DNA of 64,000 nucleotides, taken from assembly GCF_009914755.1 (NCBI RefSeq), contig NC_060937.1, one strand, 5' to 3'. Position numbers and translations under genes: made by a program. The number at the start of each line of letters is the position of its first letter. The stretch's first letter is position 1. Below, one piece after another: positions 56,601 to 64,000 of this stretch. The notes under the pieces were generated by a model that did not search any database, was not told the origin of the DNA, and was given only the letters and a program-made list of their open reading frames with translations. The DNA comes from the human T2T-CHM13v2.0 reference genome, Homo sapiens.

Positions 56601-58433
56601 TCTCTCTGCCATCTTTTATACTTTTCCATTGTATGTGATGGGTTTGAAGCAGTAAAATAAACTTTTTCATGCTTTTAATATCCTTTATTTTGCCAAATCA
56701 ACTGGACTCCAAAGACAGACATATTAATTTAGTAAGTATTATCCCAATTTATTAACATCTAGGTTACCAGAAATACCTCTAGCTCTAGCAAGGAATTTAC
56801 GTTATCTCTAGCTGCAATCATTCATTTTTATGTCTTCCCTCCTACACTCAACTATAACAATTGAGATGAAAGACTTCTCATGGTGACTTACACATGATAG
56901 GCCCTTAGAAGAGTTGATAAATGAAAAGAGGGACATAAACACACCATAGGTTTTTTTTTTAATTGCCTAATATCTGTTTATTATAAATCTAACACAAACT
57001 CATTTCGGCCTTTTTTTCCTAGTCTTTACATTCCGGCAGCCAAGTTGTCTTCTAGATCTGTTTTAAAAATGAAATATGTAATTTTTGAAATGTGAGTTGC
57101 AATGGTCTTCTAATTCTGTGTCCCTAAGTTGTACAGGATGGGAGTGATCATGCTTATGTTGCTAGTATTTAATAAGACATGATATTTATGGAGTTTTCAA
57201 TTCTATTTCCCTAGAGATGCTCTAGGAAATTTGCATTGCCAAAAATATGTATCAATCACAATAAAATGGAGATTCTCAAAGCCAGCAAATTTGGTTAAAA
57301 ATTAACAAGTCAGAAAATTATTAAAGCATGGTTTGTAATTATCCATGGAAATGGTGACTCTAATTTTTTCTTAATTTTAAAAATTCTTTGGGCATTTCCT
57401 TCTGCAGTACCATTATCATAATTAAGAAACTAAAGTTAAAGAAGAGTTTATTTTATTATCAATATTCCTCACAACCAATGCATGATTGTTACTGCAAGAA
57501 GTAATTTTCCTCTATTAATAGCTCAGTCACTGGATTAAGTTTTTCTTTTAGGATTCATAGGGGATTTATGAATGGCATATTTTAATATTAAATTAGTTGA
57601 AATGCTTCATTAAAAACAAACTAATCATGAAATTGAGAATGCTTTTCATACAAGGCCAATTATTAATGCTCAGTTTCATATTTTTTAATAGACTGTAGAA
57701 TAAACTATGTGTACTTCACTAAGTGTATTGAATAAATTAAAATTGAAATATGTACATCCATATTGATACATGTATCTATACATACATACAATTTAACATT
57801 TTTATGTTTATAAGCTTTTTTTTCACTGACTGCTCTTAATATCAGCTCCCGTCTGACTTCTTATACCACCTCACTCTAAAGCCAGGCAGGCCATGCATCT
57901 TGTCAGTTTGCTTTTTGAACATAAAATTAGAAAAAAGAAAGTTATGTTGTTAAATGTTTATGACAGAGACCAAGATATCATGTTATATAAATTTGCACAA
58001 TAATGGATGGTATATTGGCCTACTCCATGTACAAAGCTTGCGTGGATGCTAACACTTTTTTACCTTTGTAAGCCCCATTTTGAAATTACTTATTGGTTGA
58101 CAAATAACATATAATCTTGTCATTTTTTTTTTTTTTTTTTTGCTCTTTGTGATACATTATTAAGACAGATGAAGAGGACTTAATATGAATGTAATCAATT
58201 CTGGCTGCACAAGAATCCAATTTTAGCTTTATGTTTTCTCTGTTGTATGTCATCTTATGTTAATGTTTTCTCTGTTTTATTTCATCATATGCTAATTATA
58301 TAATTCAATTTTCAGAAAATTAATCATTTATTCTTAATTATATAGTCTTTGCAGTAAGTACTTATATAATTTTATACTCCAAATATCATATAATGTTTCC
58401 ATCCATCTTTTAAGATATTTTACATATGCCATC

Positions 58434-58782
58434 TGTATTAGTCTGCTGTTACACTGCTAATAAAGACACAACCAAGACTGGATAATTTATAAAAGAGGTT
58501 TAATGGCATAGTTCCACATGGCTGGGGAGGCCTCACAATAATGGTGGAAGGTGAATGAGGAGCAAAGTCACGTCTTACATGGTGGCAGGCAAGAGAGCTT
58601 GTGCAGGGGAGTTTCTACTTCTGAAACCATCGGATTTTGTGAGACTTATTCACTACCATAAGAACAGTATGTGATAAACTGCCCTCATGATTCAACTATC
58701 TCCACCTGGCCCTATCCTTGACACATGGGGATTATTACAATTCAAGGTGAGATTTGGGTAGGGACACAGCCCAATCATATTA
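58434..58782 (-). mobile_element. THE1B/C-like solo LTR
   Basis: tgtattagtc...gggacacagcccaatcatatta; perfect TSD ccatc at 58429-58433 and 58783-58787. Confidence 0.92.
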
Positions 58783-60599
58783 CCATCTTTCCTTCTGCCT
58801 AAAGCATCATGTTCAATAATAGCAGGATTTAATTCACATTTATTTTTCCTATTCTGAATTTTATTAAATCCAGAAATTAAAGGTAGATCCATGTGAAAGG
58901 TACTAATAAGGGCTATGAGACATAATATCAAGGAAAGTCAAGAAAAGAAGGCAGGACTTGCATGTAAACGGAGAATAAAATATATTTACCAGAAAACAAG
59001 TTATTTTGTTGCAATAAAATAGAGTTGAAATTAGAACATGCATTTTCAGTTCATAGGTAATATAGAAAACTTTGCATTTTTTAACTGTGAGGGCTTTAAT
59101 TAATCTTTCTAATATCTATTAAAACAATTACATTCCTCCATATTCCTTCTCAGAATATACAAAATAAAAGGTAAGAAAATATATAAATAATATATGCTAA
59201 TTGAAAATGTGCCTACTTAGGAGTCTAAAAGTCTAGATTAAAAAAATCCATGTGGTCAATTCTTTTGAGCATCTTAGATAAATATTTGAGTCTCAGTTTA
59301 TGATGTCTAAAAGATCATAACTACATCTACCCCAAAGTTTGTCATGAACATATATATATATGTATGTATATATGTATATATAGTTATGGCTTGATTTCCC
59401 TTATTTTAAGTGAAAAAAGCACCAAAAATGGAGTATTTTTTTTTTTTACTAACAAGAAATATAATTAGCACGCTGGATTGAAATAATTTGTGATAAATGA
59501 AAATATTTTATTTAAAAAAACTAGTATCTTGTCTGAAACTATATTTAATCAGGTTCTGACCTTTTACCAAACCTGATACTCAAGAAATTTGTGAACCATA
59601 CTACTCTGCAAAGGTGCTGTTTACTGAAGAGATTTCCTCATCTTTCGGTAACTATAAACTCAGATCAAGTATCTAAAATGTCTTGCTGTGAAGTCAGAAA
59701 AAGAAGTTACCATGGGAAAAAAAAATCTAGAGATTAAAATATGTACTTTTTAAATGTTTATCTCTTTTTTTAATCAAATTGTCTTATTTTTCTAGGGTAT
59801 TCGTGCTTTCTGTAAGCTTACTGGAGGATGATGTGGGAAAAAGTATCTCAATCTATTAAAGCCAAAATAAGTGAATTTTTGATAAGTCCTAGAAATCAGG
59901 CCATGAATTGTGAATGACTTCCTTCCCTTCTTCTTATTTCTAAGAGAAAGACTCTAATTAAGCTGAAGTGGACACTGAGAATAGATAAACTGCCTGTTGA
60001 TAGGTGATGAGCCTAGAGTGATATCTAATACTAACATGATGAGTAAACAAATCAGGGGAATTATGAAATGTTTTCCAGTACCAATGAAAGAATTCCCATA
60101 AAGAATAAAAAAAGAAGCCTACAGGAGTGATGTGATATAAGGTATAGACACATCATTCAGAAATTTTAATTGTGAAATAGTTGGAATAAGAAGGCTTGCA
60201 TGTATAAAATAATAGTGCATCATATAAAAAGATGAATGGCTAAAAGTGTGTACTTATATAAAAGTAAAGGACTTCACTTCTTTAGGAGAAGGGAAGGCAG
60301 AAAACCAAAAGAACTGTAATAGATATAAAACTCACAATGCTGGCAGTCAAGTATTCACTTGATATGGTGGATATTCAAATTAGCAATGTTTTAGAGTCCT
60401 CAAGAAAAACAAAATTCATAGATTAATTATATATTAGATATTGATATCTATAAAATAGTAGATTATATAATTAAATAATTATGTATTACAAATATAAATA
60501 TTAATATAATCATATATGTGTGATAAATTATATATTGGATTGTGTGATTATGAAAGCTATAATATTTATATATTATATATTGGATATATGTGATATATA

Positions 60600-60980
60600 A
60601 TTGGATTATGTGATTATGAAAGCTAAGAAATCCCAAGATCTGAAGAGCTACAGCTGGCCAACTGGAGACCAAAAAGGGTTAATGGTGTAGTTCCAATGTG
60701 AGTCCAAAAGCCTGAGAACAAGAATTCTTGATCTAAGTTCAAATAGTATTCGGAGTCTGAAGGCAAGAGAAGACTAATGTCCCACTTTGAAGACAATACC
60801 ACAGAGAGGGAGAATTCTTCTTTACTCAGCTTTTTGTTCTATTTAGGACTTCAGTAGATTGGATGAGGCCCACCCACATTAAACATGGCAATCTGCTTTA
60901 CTCAGTCTACCAATTCAAATATTAATTTCATACAAAACACCCTTTCTGACAATCAAACATTGTTTAAATATATAGGTACT
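60600..60980 (-). mobile_element. MLT2B-like LTR fragment, truncated by the MSTA insertion
   Basis: 'gattggatgaggcccacccacatt...caatctgctttactcagtctacc' is antisense MLT2. Confidence 0.75.
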
Positions 60981-63900
60981 TATATTATTAGTCCATTCTC
61001 ACACTGTGATAGGGTTTGGCTGTGTCCCCAACCAAATTTCATCTTGAATTCCCACGTGTTGTGGGAGGCGCCTGATGGGAGGTAATTGAATCATGAGGGC
61101 AGGTCTTTTCTGTGCTGTTCTCATAATAGTAAATAAGTGAATAAGTCTCATGAAATCTGATGGTTTGAAAAAGAGGCGTTTCTCTGCACAAGGGCTATTC
61201 TCTTGTCTGCCACCATGTGAGACATGCCTTTCACCTTCCTCCATGATTGTGAGGCCTCCCCAGCTATGTGGAACAGTAAGTCCAATAAACCTTTCTTTTA
61301 TAAATTGTGCAGTCTTGGGTATATCTTTATCAGCAGTCTGAAAATGGACTAATACAGTAAGTTGGTAGCAGTAGAGTGGGGCACAGCTGTAAAGATACCC
61401 GAAAATGTAGAAGCTACTTTGGAACCGGGTAACAGGCAGAGGTTGGAACAGCTTGGAGGGCTCAGAAGAAGACAAGAAAATGTGAGAAAGTTTGGAACTT
61501 CCTAGAGACTTGTCAAATGGCTTTGCCCAAAATGCTGACAGTGATATGGACAATAAAGTCCAGTCTGAGGTGGTCTCAGATAGAAATGAGGAACTTGTTG
61601 GGAAATGGAGCAAAGGTGACTCTTGTTATGTTTTAACAAAGAGACTGGCAGCATTTTGTTCTTGCCCTAGAAATTTGTGAAACTTTGAACTTGAGAGAGA
61701 TGATTTAGGGTGTGTGATGGAAGAAATCTCTAAACAGCAAAGCATTCAGGATTTGACTTGGGTGCTGTTAAAGGCATTCCATATTATAAGGGAAGCAGAG
61801 CATAAAAGTTTGAAAAATTTGCAGCCTGATAATGCCATAAAAAAGGAAATCCTATTTTCTGAGGAGAAATTCAAGCTGACTGCAGAAATTTGTATAAGTA
61901 ACGAGGAGCCAAATGTTAATCCCCAAAACAATGGGGGAAATATCTCCATGTGGCTGCATGTCAGAGGTCTTCAAGGCAGCCCCTCCCATCACAGGCCTCC
62001 CATCTCAGGCCTAGAGGCACAGGCAGGAATTTGTGCAGCCCAGTGACTTGGGTGCCCTGTTTCCCACCGATCCAGCCATGGCTGAAAGAGGTCAATGTAG
62101 AGCTCAGGCCATGGTTTCAGAGGGGGCAAGACCCAAGCCTTGGCAGCTTCCACATGATGTTGAGCATGTGAGTATACAGAAGTCAAAAATTGAGGTTTGG
62201 GAAACTCTGCCTAGATTTCAGAGATATATACACATGCCTGGATGCCCAGGCAGATGTTTGCTGCAGGGTCAGGGCCCTCATGGAGAACCTCTGTCAGGGC
62301 AATGCAGAAACAAAAAGTGGGGTGAGAGCTTCCACACAAAGTCCTTACTGGGACACCATCTAGTGGAGCTGTGAGAAGAGGCCAAACATCCACCAGACCC
62401 CAGAATGGTAGATCCACTGAGAGCTTGCATCATGTACCCGGAAAAACCACAGACACTCAATGCCAGCCTGTGAAGGCAGCCAGGAGGGAGGCTGTACTCT
62501 CCAAAGCCACTGGGGCAGAGTTGCTGAAGACCATGGGAACTCACCTCTTGCATTAGTGTGACTGGATGTGAGACATGGAGTCAAAGGAGATCATTTTGGA
62601 ACTTTAAGATTTGACTGCCCCACTGGATTTTGGACTTGCAAGCGGTCTATAACCCCTTCATTTTGGCCAATTTCTCCCATTTGGAATGGCTGTATTTGCC
62701 CAATGCCTTTACTCTCATTGTATCTAGGAAGTAAGTAACTTACTTTTGATTTTATAGGCTCAGAGGTGGAAGGGACTTGATTTGTCTTAGATGAGACTTT
62801 GTACTGCGGACTTGAGAGTTAATGTTGAAATGAGTTAAGACTTTGGGGGATGGTTGGGAAGGCATGATTGGTTTTGAAATGTGAGGACATGAGATTTAGG
62901 AGGGATCGGGGTGGAATGATATTTTTTGGCTGTGTCCCCACCCAAATCTCCTCTTGAATTCCCATGAGTTATGGAAGGGACCCAGTGGGAGGTAATTGAA
63001 ACATGGGGGCAGGTCTTTCCTATGCTGTTCTCATGATAGTAAGTCTCATGAGGTATGATGGTTTTAGAAATGGGAGTTTCCCTACACAAGTTCTCTTCTC
63101 TTGTTTGCCATCATTTGAGACGTGCCTTTCCAATTCCACTATGATTGTGAGGACTCCCCAGCCATGTGAAACTGTAAGTCCAATAGACTTTTTTTTTTTT
63201 TTTTTTTTTGTAAATTGCCCGGTCTCAGGCATATCTTTATCAGCAGTGTGAAAACGGACTAATACACACTGCTATAAAGAACTACATGAGACTGGGTAAT
63301 TTATGAAGAAAAAGGTTTAATTGACTCACAATTCCACAGGCTGTACAGGAAGCTGGCTGAAGAGGTCTTCAGGAATCTTACAATTGTGGTGGAAGGGCAA
63401 AGGGGAAGCAAGCACCTTCTTCACATGGTGCTTGGTGCAGTGGGAGAGAGAGAGCGAAGGGGGGGAGTGCTATACATTTTTAAACAACCAGACATCATGA
63501 GAACTCACTCACTATTATGAGAACAGCAAGAGGAAGTCTGCCACCATGATCCAGTCACCTCCCACCAGATCATCCCCCAACATTGCAGATTACAATTCAA
63601 CATGAGATTTGGATGGGGACGCAGAGCCAAAACGTATTATTCTGCCCCTGGCCCCTCCCAAATTATATGACATTCTCACATTTCAAAACCAAGTATGCCT
63701 TCCCAACAGTTTCCAAAGTCTTAACACTTTCCAACATTATCTCAAAAGTCCAAGTCCAAAGTCTCATCTGAGACAAGGCAAATCCCTTCTGCCCATGAAC
63801 CTGTAAAATCAAAAAAGTTAGTTACTTCTAAGATACAATGCAGGTACAGGCATTGGGTAAATAAACCTGTTGCTAAAGGCAGAAAGAAGCCAAAATAAAG

Positions 63901-64000
63901 GGGCTACAGGCTGTATGCAAGGCCAACACCCAGCAGGGCAGTCATTAAATCTTAAAGCTCCAAAATAATCTTCTTTGACTCTGTATTACATCCAAGCCAC
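60981..64000 (-). mobile_element. MSTA-like MaLR (LTR 60981-61006 + 63272-63639, internal region running off the window), split by THE1
   Basis: 'tattagtccattctcacactg' resumes as 'ctataaagaactac..' after the THE1; internal sequence is homologous to 32364 onward. Confidence 0.88.
61007..63266 (+). mobile_element. Complete THE1 (A/B-like) MaLR: LTR 61007-61356, internal 61357-62916, LTR 62917-63266
   Basis: Two LTRs (tgata..tggctgtgtcccca...ggactaataca); perfect TSD cactg at 61002-61006 and 63267-63271; MaLR ORF remnants (ELPRDLSNGFAQNADSDMDN..). Confidence 0.93.

Noticed and set aside
60999-61613. 204-aa minus-strand ORF, the longest in the track
   Set aside because: Lies entirely antisense within the THE1 LTR and internal region; no recognisable domain; typical MaLR artefact

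Overview
AT-rich, repeat-dense primate (very likely human or great-ape) genomic DNA, probably intergenic or deep intronic. No recognisable intact protein-coding gene, rRNA, tRNA or CRISPR array is present. Nearly all ORFs in the track are Alu, L1, MaLR or microsatellite artefacts. The window holds 10 Alus (most with visible target-site duplications), many L1 fragments (two with twin-priming inversions, one near-full-length with a large internal deletion), two complete two-LTR MaLR elements (MSTA-like, THE1-like), several solo LTRs (MLT2A1, LTR10, MSTB, THE1 and others) and a full-length decayed Tigger3/pogo DNA transposon. Repeat subfamily names are from recalled consensus sequences, not a database search. 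The most notable signals not explained by repeats are a ~90-bp inverted repeat (9475-9564 / 12307-12395) whose mismatches are mostly G-U compatible on the + strand, a nearby candidate spliced transcript (8891-9243 plus 10673-~10800) and a dense E-box cluster (25515-25636). LTRs also carry p53 and DUX4 motifs. I found no convincing evidence of a wholly new biological system.
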